64,000 nt of DNA from Patescibacteria group bacterium (GTDB lineage Bacteria > Patescibacteriota > Microgenomatia > UBA8517): contig JALHYA010000008.1 of assembly GCA_022868165.1 (NCBI GenBank), positions 38,444 to 102,443 of the forward strand, in the 5' to 3' direction. Shown in pieces: positions 46,565 to 56,057 of this stretch (within the stretch, counting starts at the first letter, position 1; every line of letters begins with the position of its first letter). The position numbers were made by a program, and so were the translations under genes. A model generated the notes under the pieces. It was given only the letters and a program-made list of their open reading frames with translations, was not told where the DNA came from and made no database searches.

Positions 46565-48246
46565 TAATTAGTCTTTTTCTTTCCGTTAAAAACAATCGTT
46601 CCCAAAATAATTGCGGCAGATAAAATGCTTAATATATCCGAAGCTTTTCTTGGCGGAGTTTCTCTCCAAAAAACATTGATTTGGGATTTTCCACCCGAAA
46701 CCTCAATGCCTATATCTCCATGGGGCTCGAGAACTTTGGTTGATAAAGATATACCGTTAACCGTTACATACCATCCGGGAAAAGAGTAGGAATGAAACTC
46801 GACTGTTCCCTTTCCTTCTACTGTCGCAGAATAGCTCACCAAAGAATTTTCTCGAATATCGTCTATTTTTACGTCCTTCGAGGTAAACTTTGCGGAAGGA
46901 AGAGAGTCCGGCCTTTTTTGCACAGCCAGCGGTAGAAGAAGATAATCTTCGCTATAATTTTTGTATTCAGGAGAAAGCTCACTGGCCATACCCACGGTTG
47001 TATTTCTTGCAAAAAATCTTTTGAGAAAATAATTATCATCGGGATAGTAATAACCGCTTGGCTTGAAATAGGAAAAATTAATCGCGATTACCAAAGCCGA
47101 GAGGCCAATAGTCAGTTCTTTTCGATATTTTTTGACAGAATCAAAGAAAATTACGAAAGCGGAGGTTAGAAAAGTGGTAAGCATCAAAAGTCGCCAGGGA
47201 AACTGAATATATGTGGATAGAGAAAATACCTTCCATAAAAAGTTCGACCTTATATTCATTAGGAAGAGGGTGAACAAAACGCTTGCGGCAATAAAGATGT
47301 AAAAAAGTCTTTTTTCTTTAGACAATTTTTTAATCATAAATATACTCAAAATAATTAAGACCCAATTTATAATTCCTACCTGGAAGGAAATGTCGTCGTT
47401 GGGTCCAGGAAGCGAAGCTCCATAACGGAAAGGAGAATATATAAGCTGTTTGATAAAGGGAAAGTGATCGATGTAATTGAAAGGTGTTTGGGGATTGAGA
47501 AGGTTTTTTTCAAAAAATGCAGGGATTACGAAAAAGGCAGCACTGAAAAAGCCCAGTACCATTCCGATACCTGCCCTGACAAGACTAACAAAAGATTTTG
47601 AATTTATCGCTAGAACAATTGCATAAATTACGGCAATTGGTAAAAACATGATGGCCGAAAGATTGTGGGTAATGAGAAGGACTCCCGTAACCAATCCTAA
47701 AAAGCCTATCGACCTTAACTTTTTCTCTCCAAAAACTTTATTAATCGTCCAGAGAAGAAGTGGAAAAATGGTAAACGATAGTGCCTCTCCGATGGCACCG
47801 CGAACATACAAATCAACAGCACGGTATGGCGTAAAAATGTATAGAATACTTCCTAAAAGTGCAGCCCAAGTATCGGTGTGCTTCCTCAACCACATATACA
47901 TAAAAATTCCGGAAAGAGGAATCGAAACCAGAAAAACCATCTTTAAAGAAAAAATCAAGGAGTGACTGAAAAAGTAAACCAACGACCCGAGATAAAACGG
48001 AAAAACATAATAGAAGTTAAAAAGCGGGTATCCATACTCATAGCTCATATCGGGAACCCATCGTGGGGGAATTTGGCCTGATGAAATCGCCCTTATCATT
48101 TCGTAGAGGTCTGCTATGTGCGGCTCGTCGGAGAAATGAAAAAAACCGCTTCTTAAAAGAGGGATAGAGGCCAAAAGGCTGGCCACAAGAATAGCGACTA
48201 TAAAAAACCACTTACTTCTTGTTAATTTTGTCCAATATTGCTTCAT
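46564..48246 (-). CDS. Polytopic membrane protein, second GT-C-like paralog family (member A)
   Basis: 560 aa. The N-terminal loop SGFFHFSDEPHIADLYEMIRAISSGQIPPRWVPDMSYEYGYPLFNFYYVFPFY is shared with the next gene. About 12 TM helices and a C-terminal beta-rich soluble domain. Confidence 0.4.
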   Translation of the reverse strand: MKQYWTKLTRSKWFFIVAILVASLLASIPLLRSGFFHFSDEPHIADLYEMIRAISSGQIPPRWVPDMSYEYGYPLFNFYYVFPFYLGSLVYFFSHSLIFSLKMVFLVSIPLSGIFMYMWLRKHTDTWAALLGSILYIFTPYRAVDLYVRGAIGEALSFTIFPLLLWTINKVFGEKKLRSIGFLGLVTGVLLITHNLSAIMFLPIAVIYAIVLAINSKSFVSLVRAGIGMVLGFFSAAFFVIPAFFEKNLLNPQTPFNYIDHFPFIKQLIYSPFRYGASLPGPNDDISFQVGIINWVLIILSIFMIKKLSKEKRLFYIFIAASVLFTLFLMNIRSNFLWKVFSLSTYIQFPWRLLMLTTFLTSAFVIFFDSVKKYRKELTIGLSALVIAINFSYFKPSGYYYPDDNYFLKRFFARNTTVGMASELSPEYKNYSEDYLLLPLAVQKRPDSLPSAKFTSKDVKIDDIRENSLVSYSATVEGKGTVEFHSYSFPGWYVTVNGISLSTKVLEPHGDIGIEVSGGKSQINVFWRETPPRKASDILSILSAAIILGTIVFNGKKKTN

Positions 48247-49876
48247 ACGAAAAAAGGGAAATTACCGATAATGCTCCAATCAAGCTGATAATATCTGCCA
48301 AGCTCCTATACCATGGCTTAATTAGTCTTGCTTCTATTTTTGCATCGCCTGCAGGAACTTTAAAGCTAACCAGTCCCAACTGGCCTGTGGCCTGCGCTTT
48401 AACACCGCCACCATTCACTATAACTTCCCAATTTGGGAAATCAAAAGCAGGCAAAGAAACATATCCACCACCGCTTCCCGTTTTTACGTCAACCTTGTAC
48501 CAATTTGTACCTCTTTCGAAACTTACAGTATTAACTACCCCTTCGAGAACAATCAACGAATTGGGCACTTTGGAGGTAGGAGCCTTTGAAGCGCTTTTGG
48601 GTAAATAGTCATAAATACTCGCCGTAATTTGCCTCTCCAGGTTATCTCCCGAAAGTTTTTGGGCATCGGTAATATCGAACCAATCTTTGGGCCTGTAAAA
48701 ATTTCCGTAAAGAGCAAAAGTAGCTATCAGCAAGATTAGGACCAAAACCCAATAAATTTTCCCTTTAAAGGCTGATGCAAAAATTGCACCAAGGACCGAA
48801 GAGCAGAAGGTGGCCAACAGCATAAACCTCCATGGAAACTGAAGGAATTCCATAAAAGGTAGCGCTTTCCAAATAAAAGTAGAGCGTTCATGAGACAAAA
48901 AAGCGGCCAAAATAAAAAAGGCGACAAAAAATATTGAAGTGGTTTTGATTTCTTTCTTTTTGGTAATCAGTCCGTAGATGAATCCCAGTACAGCCGCAAA
49001 TGTACCGATTGGACCGAGACCCAAAAAAGCACTGTCATTCGGACCGGCAATTGATGGTCCATAGCCCCATCTTGTGGAAATAAAGATTTGTTTAAGGTTA
49101 ATAAAATGGGCCAAATAGTTAAAATAGCCGGACGTCAAAGTTTCAAGATGTACCAAATTTCTCTCGATAAAAAGTGGCAGCCAGAAAAAAGCGGATATTG
49201 CCAACCCGATGGCACCTGAAATTATGACTCGACCCAAGGTTTTCTTATCAATTTTTAGTTGGATAATTCTTAGAATTATCCAGCCGGCAACCAAGGGAAT
49301 GGTCATTAAAACGGTCAGGTTGTGGCAAATCATATAAATCCCCACGCTAATGGTAAAAATCCCCATCGAAATTTTGTTTTTGTTTTTAATAAGGTTTTCA
49401 AAACCCCAAAGAACCAGAGGCAAAGCCATAAGACCCCACGCCTCACCCATTCCCCCTCTAACAAAAATCTCGGCTGCTCTAAATGGAGCATACAAATATA
49501 GTATCGTTCCAAATAAAGATGCCTCTTTTGAAAAAAGATTTCTTAGAAAAAGGTAAAAGAAGATTGCCGAAAGGATTACGCTCAAAATAAATCCTGCCTT
49601 GACGGAATCGATAAAACCCAAGCCTCCAAGGTGAACAAGCTCCATTGCATAGTAAGGAAGGGGCGCATAATAGATATATAGCGGGTAACCATATCCGTAT
49701 CCCAAATCGGGCACCCATCTGCAAGGAATCTGGCCATCTTTAATACAACTATCCATATCTTTAAGTCGAATAATCTGCATATCGTCATACATCGAGAAGA
49801 ATCCCGGTCGAACCAAACTTTTTACTACGGGGATAATCAAAATCGTCAAAATTAAAATCCAGAGAATCTTTTTCAT
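48212..49876 (-). CDS. Polytopic membrane protein, second GT-C-like paralog family (member B)
   Basis: PGFFSMYDDMQIIRLKDMDSCIKDGQIPCRWVPDLGYGYGYPLYIYYAPLPYY, the same loop motif as member A. Start is likely the internal M (MKKILWILIL) at about 49876. Confidence 0.4.
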   Translation of the reverse strand: MKKILWILILTILIIPVVKSLVRPGFFSMYDDMQIIRLKDMDSCIKDGQIPCRWVPDLGYGYGYPLYIYYAPLPYYAMELVHLGGLGFIDSVKAGFILSVILSAIFFYLFLRNLFSKEASLFGTILYLYAPFRAAEIFVRGGMGEAWGLMALPLVLWGFENLIKNKNKISMGIFTISVGIYMICHNLTVLMTIPLVAGWIILRIIQLKIDKKTLGRVIISGAIGLAISAFFWLPLFIERNLVHLETLTSGYFNYLAHFINLKQIFISTRWGYGPSIAGPNDSAFLGLGPIGTFAAVLGFIYGLITKKKEIKTTSIFFVAFFILAAFLSHERSTFIWKALPFMEFLQFPWRFMLLATFCSSVLGAIFASAFKGKIYWVLVLILLIATFALYGNFYRPKDWFDITDAQKLSGDNLERQITASIYDYLPKSASKAPTSKVPNSLIVLEGVVNTVSFERGTNWYKVDVKTGSGGGYVSLPAFDFPNWEVIVNGGGVKAQATGQLGLVSFKVPAGDAKIEARLIKPWYRSLADIISLIGALSVISLFSYEAILDKINKK

Positions 49877-49877
49877 A

Positions 49878-51560
49878 CTATTTTGCAGTAAGGACTTGGG
49901 AAGACGGATCAACAATCAAAATTGCCGGCTTTCCGTCGGGATAATAGACCGTATGGAGAGCAATTACCTTTCCGGGAAATTCCTCAGGTTTTCCAATAAA
50001 TAGAATTCCCGGTTTATCTTTATTATTATCATAATACAAACTCCCAAATCTATACTTACCTAGCCAGTATCCTTCCAGTCCATCTAAATAAAGAAAACCT
50101 TCTTGCTCATATCTCAACCATGTTTTCGACGCCAGTTGAACTTCGTGAGGGTCCCATTTTTCATAAAACTGTACCCAAATATTCGAAGCCCCCAGGCCCC
50201 TGCCTACATAAATCATCTCATAATTGCCCGCAATTTTGTTTACGTAAATAAAGGCTTCCTTCTCTCCGTATTGCATTGATTCGGCCGAGCCGTAAGGGGT
50301 ATGGTATAAATAGTCTTCAGTAAACACCAGCAGAGAGCCGAAGATTACTATTCCCAGAATTGAAAAGGTTGCAATTCTCCATGCTCCACGCAATTTTTCT
50401 TTGACGAAAGAGTAAAAGATGAAAAATCCGTAAGCTGAAAAAATTTCGATTGCCGGAAGCATTACTACAGCTCTATTTGCCGCATATCCTGGTCCCTTCG
50501 TCATTGCGGCGGCAAAGGGAGAAAGAACAATCCATAAAAATAAAAATCCAAGCAGCAAAGAATCCTTTTTTCGAATCAGGGCCACAAGCGCCAACACGAT
50601 AAATATTATTTCGAAGAAGTACATCACTCCCCTCCCAGGAATCATTCCATAGGACCACTCTCCTGCTCCCTGGAAGAATAAGAAATATGGAGAAAGATAG
50701 GAAAAATAATTCTGTAAAAATAAGTGTTCCACATATGCAGGTTTGTTTGAGAACACTCTGGCAACGCTGTCTGGAAGACCCAAAAGTACAGCTTCATATC
50801 TGCGCGTGCTTACCGCAGCCCATTTATCTGTGGGGTTGGTAATTAAGATATCGGATCCTCTTTTTCCAGCACCGAAAAAGAATGTCGAAAAAGCAGCCAC
50901 AAAGAAAAAAAGAAACACCAATATTGAAAGCCACTGACGTTTAAGCGAAAATTTTCTATAGAAAAAGATTGATAAAAGAAAAATGATGACTGGAGTAAAA
51001 AGCCGCGCACCATGATAAGAAAAGAGGTTAAGTCCAAACGATAGAGAGGCCAGAATCATCCATTTTGGTTTTTCAAGTCCCTTCAAAAAAGCCCAGATGC
51101 CCAGGGGAATAAAAAATGTACTTAGGTTTACTCCCAAACCTACTCGAGAAAGAGATATGTTCCAAGGAGAGATTGCCAAAAGCAAGGCGGACATAAGCGC
51201 AATTAATTCATTTTCCTTGTGTTCGCTGAACAATTTTTTGACCATAAGATATGTTGCAAGAACTGCCAAGGTTCCAAAGAGCGCACTCGGAAATCTTGTA
51301 GAGAATTCATTCAGTCCAAATACTGCAACTGAAGGTATCGTCAAATACCCATATAAAGGGAGTTTAAAATCTCCTAATGAGCGAAAAAGCAAAGGCCAAC
51401 TTACTCCCCATTGGTCGTGGCCGGTCTTTAACAGCGAGTAGGCATCATATCCTAAAGAAGCCTCGTCTTGGGTAAATCCGACAGGATGCAAACTTATATT
51501 CCATAAACACAAGAAAAAGGCCAGGATAATAATTAAACCCAAGACAAATTTGCGAATCAT
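49878..51560 (-). CDS. ArnT/PMT-family polytopic glycosyltransferase, paralog 4
   Basis: GFTQDEASLGYDAYSLLKTGHDQWGVSWPLLFRSLGDFKLPLYGY. Confidence 0.8.
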   Translation of the reverse strand: MIRKFVLGLIIILAFFLCLWNISLHPVGFTQDEASLGYDAYSLLKTGHDQWGVSWPLLFRSLGDFKLPLYGYLTIPSVAVFGLNEFSTRFPSALFGTLAVLATYLMVKKLFSEHKENELIALMSALLLAISPWNISLSRVGLGVNLSTFFIPLGIWAFLKGLEKPKWMILASLSFGLNLFSYHGARLFTPVIIFLLSIFFYRKFSLKRQWLSILVFLFFFVAAFSTFFFGAGKRGSDILITNPTDKWAAVSTRRYEAVLLGLPDSVARVFSNKPAYVEHLFLQNYFSYLSPYFLFFQGAGEWSYGMIPGRGVMYFFEIIFIVLALVALIRKKDSLLLGFLFLWIVLSPFAAAMTKGPGYAANRAVVMLPAIEIFSAYGFFIFYSFVKEKLRGAWRIATFSILGIVIFGSLLVFTEDYLYHTPYGSAESMQYGEKEAFIYVNKIAGNYEMIYVGRGLGASNIWVQFYEKWDPHEVQLASKTWLRYEQEGFLYLDGLEGYWLGKYRFGSLYYDNNKDKPGILFIGKPEEFPGKVIALHTVYYPDGKPAILIVDPSSQVLTAK

Positions 51561-51580
51561 AAACCTTATCTAAGATGATA

Positions 51581-53245
51581 TCAGTTCTTGGTGTAAACGT
51601 AAAAAATAGGAGTTCCGTCTGGGCCTCTGGATGTAAATATTAAGTTCAACTTTCCTGTATTAAAAATTTCGGGGTTGGTTACATCCTTCACGGCCGAAGC
51701 CACTATCAAATCTCCATGTTCCCCCAAATTTTCAACCGGTTTTTTGATATCTCCAAAATAATACTTACTGCCAAGCTTGAATCCGTTAAAGCTCGGGGCA
51801 ATGTTATCTGAAAAGGTGTCCCTTTCGAATTGTTTTTGGAAAAGTTTCATATCATATCCGTACCAAAAGAGAAACCTTTGAAGCATCGGTTCATGAGTAC
51901 TGTTTAGATATACCCTGTTATAACTTCCGTCGATGCCTTTAACATATTGGAGGGTTTCTTTAAAACCGTATTGCCATTGGCGCCACGTTTCATTGGGCCA
52001 AACAACAAAATAGCGATTCATAAACCTGGAAACCTCAAAAACCATAACCAGAGCGACCAAAATCACAATAATATTTCTGACTAACGGTCTTTTTAATTTT
52101 GTTAGAAAGTCAAAGCCAGCGGCGGAGAAAAAAATCAGCGGGGGAAGCATCAAAATAAGTCTTGATGCGTGCGTTCCTCCACCCTGAGTAAGGCTGGAGG
52201 GAATGGGGGCCAGTATAAGCCAAAGTGGAAAAATCCAGTTTAGCTTCTTGGAGGGTTTGCTTGTTGCAGCAAGGACAATTAGCACGACTCCGATTAGCAC
52301 AAGAAAAAAATCGAAATGGTACATCTCTCCAAATTCGTCTATGGAGCCGCGGGGATTGGGATCACCTTGAGCAAAGAGAAAATTGGAAGAAAAAGATTGC
52401 ATGTAATTACTGAAAACCAGGGAAGTTATAACTGTAGCCTTATTGTAAAAAAGTCTTCCAAGTATTCCATGTTCAAATACTCTTTCGTTTTCTACCCTGG
52501 CTACTATTTCAGCGGCGGGAGCAACGCTAATGTCCGATATCCTTCTGATGGTCTTTCCTTTTACTGTCCAAAGCAGGTAAGGTCCCAAAAACAAGATGGT
52601 GATTAGCGCCACCAACATGAGCTTTTTGATGCCGTATGAAAATACCTCCCGCCGAAAAATTATCAAAAGTCCCAAGACAAATAGGGGCACAAAAAGCGAA
52701 GAGACTGCATAAGAGTAAATGCTCAAGGAGAAAAGTATTGCGGACAGAATAAGATATTTGTAATTTTTTAGACCCTTAAGAAAAAGGTAGGTACCAAAAA
52801 TTATAAAGGGCAAAAGGATTCCCGCGTCGTTGGCTTCCCTGGAAAAATTGAAGTGCCAAGGAGAAAAAGTCATAAACAGTGAAGCGATTATTCCTAATTT
52901 CTTCCCGACAAGTTCCTTTACGAGAAGATAAAATGCAAGAATCGTCAAAAATCCCATTAAAACGGCCGGGCCTCTTACCCCTGTCTCGTTAAGACCGAAA
53001 AGTTTGATAAACGGAACATCCATGTAAAGCTGCATCGGTAGGCGGTATTCCGCAAAGCTATGGAAAAGAACAGGAAAAGAAGTTCCGAGATAATCTTTAC
53101 CGGTTGTCAAAATCGAATTCGCCTGAAGACCGACATCTAGTTCGTCACCGAAAAGCGAAATTGGAACACGGTTTATTTGCCAAATCCGAAAGTACGCACC
53201 GAGAAGAAAAGCAGCTATAACAATAATTGGAATTATTTTTTTCAT
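51581..53245 (-). CDS. ArnT/PMT-family polytopic glycosyltransferase, paralog 5 (divergent)
   Basis: LFGDELDVGLQANSILTTGKDYLGTSFPVLFHSFAEYRLPMQLY is a divergent version of the same loop. It also has the shared C-terminal domain. Start is likely the M (MKKIIPIIV) at about 53245. Confidence 0.65.
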   Translation of the reverse strand: MKKIIPIIVIAAFLLGAYFRIWQINRVPISLFGDELDVGLQANSILTTGKDYLGTSFPVLFHSFAEYRLPMQLYMDVPFIKLFGLNETGVRGPAVLMGFLTILAFYLLVKELVGKKLGIIASLFMTFSPWHFNFSREANDAGILLPFIIFGTYLFLKGLKNYKYLILSAILFSLSIYSYAVSSLFVPLFVLGLLIIFRREVFSYGIKKLMLVALITILFLGPYLLWTVKGKTIRRISDISVAPAAEIVARVENERVFEHGILGRLFYNKATVITSLVFSNYMQSFSSNFLFAQGDPNPRGSIDEFGEMYHFDFFLVLIGVVLIVLAATSKPSKKLNWIFPLWLILAPIPSSLTQGGGTHASRLILMLPPLIFFSAAGFDFLTKLKRPLVRNIIVILVALVMVFEVSRFMNRYFVVWPNETWRQWQYGFKETLQYVKGIDGSYNRVYLNSTHEPMLQRFLFWYGYDMKLFQKQFERDTFSDNIAPSFNGFKLGSKYYFGDIKKPVENLGEHGDLIVASAVKDVTNPEIFNTGKLNLIFTSRGPDGTPIFYVYTKN

Positions 53246-55056
53246 GTCCAGTTGGTCAACCATCCGGATAGCATAACAAGCATCCAAATTGAACCGGCAT
53301 TGTTTTCCTTTCTTTCCTGATGGGCATTCCAGATTTTTTCAATCTTGCTTCGGTCAATATAATCATACAATTTTGGATTCCTAATTGCCTCATAGGCGAA
53401 ATCTTTGAGTTCTCCCCTTATCCATTTTGCAACAGGGATGCCAAAACCCTTTTTGGGCCTTTTGGCTACTTCAGGCAGCTTCCTTTTAAGAAGATTTCTT
53501 AAAAGAATTTTTGTTTCCAGTAGATTTACATGGTTGCGAGGATAGGAATATGCATAATCGATAACGTCGTTGTCCAAATATGGGACTCTTACCTCCAAAG
53601 AGTTATACATCGAAGCCCTGTCGGTCTTAACCAAAAAATCATCTCTCAAATAGGTGTAATAATCTGTAATTTGCGCCTGACGAACGGGGTTGACACTATC
53701 GAGCTTCGGCATCACCTTACTTAGCCAAGAAAATTCCGGTTTCTTATAGAGAATGTTTTCGCCTCTAAAAAAGGTACGCATCATATATAAGTGTCTGTCT
53801 ACGGGCTCTTTACGAACTCCCTTTAAAACTATTTTGGCCAACTCCTTGGGTGGATAATTTTTGTCCGATTCCGGAAGCATATTTAAAAGAAAAATAGATG
53901 AATCCAAAACGAATTTGGGCAAGTATTTTAGCTTCTCGGCAATAATTTGCGCCTGATAGGTAGGATATCCTCCGAAAAGTTCGTCTCCTCCGTCACCGCT
54001 AAGGGCTACGGTCACATATTTTCGTGCAAGCTTGCTGACTTTGTAGGTGGGAAAAAAGGAAGCATCGGCCAGGGGCTCATCAAGAAGTTTGGTAAGAGAT
54101 TTATATAAATCGGGAATTTCTTTTACTTCAAAAGTTTCACTGTAATGTTTGGTTCCCAACTTTTTCGCAACAGTCTTTGCATACTGCGATTCGTCAAAGC
54201 TCTGTTCCTTAAAACCTATGGAAAACGATTTCAAACTTTTTATTTCAGAAATAAAACAGGAAAGAAGGCTTGAATCAAGACCACCACTAAGAAGCACGCC
54301 CACCGGGACATCCGCATGAAGTTGACCAACAACGGCATCTCTTAACAGCTCTTTCAACGGTTTTTCCGACATGGGTTTTGAAGGATTGATTTCAAAAAAT
54401 TTCCTTATTGTTAATCCCCTTTTTGAAAAAGTGAGCGAATGTCCGGGAAGAAGTTTAACTATACCCTCAAACATTGATTTTTCCGATGGAATATAGCCGA
54501 AATAGCAATAAAGACTAAGCGCATCTTTATCTACTTTTCTATTAAATCCCGGGACTTTCAAAATAGTTTTGACTTCCGAACCGAAGACAAGCTTGTTCCC
54601 CGACCGGGAAAAATATAGAGGTTTTATTCCCGCCCTGTCCCTTGCGATAAATAACTCTTTCTTCTTGTCATCCCAAATTGCGAAAGCAAACATCCCGTTT
54701 AAATATTTGGCCATGTTGTAGCCGTATTTTTCGTAAAGATGAAGTAAAACTTCGGTATCGCTTTCGGTCTTAAATTCGTGTCCGTCCCTTTTGAGTTCTT
54801 GAACAAGTTCCCGATAGTTATAAATTTCCCCGTTATAGATTACGGTTAAGCTTTCGTCCTCATTTTTGATTGGCTGGTCACCCGTAACCAAGTCGATAAT
54901 ACTTAAACGTCGCACTCCGAGACCTGCTTTTTTGTCGCTACTTACAAAAATGCCCGAAGAATCGGGTCCCCGATAAACAATCTCCCCTATCATGAAGGAA
55001 ATTACCGAGGGGTTAACGCCCGAAGAAAAATCAACGTATCCCGCTATCCCGCACAT
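53242..55056 (-). CDS. Asparagine synthetase B-like glutamine amidotransferase (class II GATase + PP-loop synthetase)
   Basis: N-terminal MCGIAG (catalytic Cys2) and the PP-loop SGGLDSS. 604 aa. Confidence 0.85.
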   Translation of the reverse strand: MCGIAGYVDFSSGVNPSVISFMIGEIVYRGPDSSGIFVSSDKKAGLGVRRLSIIDLVTGDQPIKNEDESLTVIYNGEIYNYRELVQELKRDGHEFKTESDTEVLLHLYEKYGYNMAKYLNGMFAFAIWDDKKKELFIARDRAGIKPLYFSRSGNKLVFGSEVKTILKVPGFNRKVDKDALSLYCYFGYIPSEKSMFEGIVKLLPGHSLTFSKRGLTIRKFFEINPSKPMSEKPLKELLRDAVVGQLHADVPVGVLLSGGLDSSLLSCFISEIKSLKSFSIGFKEQSFDESQYAKTVAKKLGTKHYSETFEVKEIPDLYKSLTKLLDEPLADASFFPTYKVSKLARKYVTVALSGDGGDELFGGYPTYQAQIIAEKLKYLPKFVLDSSIFLLNMLPESDKNYPPKELAKIVLKGVRKEPVDRHLYMMRTFFRGENILYKKPEFSWLSKVMPKLDSVNPVRQAQITDYYTYLRDDFLVKTDRASMYNSLEVRVPYLDNDVIDYAYSYPRNHVNLLETKILLRNLLKRKLPEVAKRPKKGFGIPVAKWIRGELKDFAYEAIRNPKLYDYIDRSKIEKIWNAHQERKENNAGSIWMLVMLSGWLTNWT

Positions 55057-56012
55057 TAAAACCTTTCAATTTCTTTAATCTCATAGATTGGTTTTCCCTG
55101 CGATTCAAAATATGTACGAACCTGAAGTTCCGCCAAAAGGCCCATCAAAATGAATTGTGTGCCTAAAAGAACCAAAAAAACGGCTATAAGAAAAAGCGGA
55201 TCCGTATGAACAAAAATTCCCAAGAAAATTTTTCTGTATGCGACAGCAAGAAGAGAAATTCCTCCAAAAAAAAGGCTGCCCAAACCTAAACTTCCGAAAA
55301 CATATGAAGGCTTTGTCCCGTAAGAACTTAAAAACTTCACCGTAATTAAATCGATTATGGTTTTTATAATTCTGCTATAGCCATATTTTGATTTGCCCTT
55401 GAGTCTTGGTCTATGGTTAACAACTACTTCGGCAACCTTCGCCCCTTTTAGGTAGACCAGAACTGGAAGAATCCGATGCAATTCCCCATATAGCTGCAGA
55501 TCCTCCAGGAATTCTTTTTTAACAACCCTTGCCGAACAGCCTACGTCATGGAAGGGGTAGTTAAAAAGAACTTGGATCAATTTATTGGCACTCACTGAGA
55601 AAATTCTCCTTACGGTTTTATCTTTCCTTTGCTTTCTCCAACCAAAGGCGGCATCATAACCTTCGTTGATTTTTTCCAAGAATTTAGGTAGAGCTCCAGG
55701 GTCATTTTGCAAATCCGCATCCAAAAACGAAACAAGGTTGCCAGAAGATTTATCGATTCCTGCCGAAATTGCTGCGGTCTGCCCGAAATTTTTCCTGAAA
55801 GAAACTATTTTAATCCTTATATCTCCATCTTTAGTCTTTTTAACCGCATTTTCCAAAACAGAGGCTGAAGAGTCGGTGCTTCCGTCATTTACATAAACAA
55901 TCTCCGTTTCCATGCCGAGCTTCCTTAAAACACCAATCAACTCTTTGTGGAGTATGGGCAAGTTGTTTTCCTCATTAAAAAAAGGAACAACGACCGAAAG
56001 AGAATTGTTCAT
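55056..56012 (-). CDS. Membrane-anchored GT2 polyprenyl-phosphate glycosyltransferase (ArnC/GtrB-like)
   Basis: LSVVVPFFNEENNLPILHKEL...EIVYVNDGSTDSS and a DAD motif, plus two C-terminal TM helices (...LGLGSLFFGGISLLAVAY...LIAVFLVLLGTQFILMGLLAE) as in ArnC/GtrB. Confidence 0.75.
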   Translation of the reverse strand: MNNSLSVVVPFFNEENNLPILHKELIGVLRKLGMETEIVYVNDGSTDSSASVLENAVKKTKDGDIRIKIVSFRKNFGQTAAISAGIDKSSGNLVSFLDADLQNDPGALPKFLEKINEGYDAAFGWRKQRKDKTVRRIFSVSANKLIQVLFNYPFHDVGCSARVVKKEFLEDLQLYGELHRILPVLVYLKGAKVAEVVVNHRPRLKGKSKYGYSRIIKTIIDLITVKFLSSYGTKPSYVFGSLGLGSLFFGGISLLAVAYRKIFLGIFVHTDPLFLIAVFLVLLGTQFILMGLLAELQVRTYFESQGKPIYEIKEIERF

Positions 56013-56057
56013 TTATCTAAAGGAAATTATATATCATTTGGGAGGCTAATACCTGTT

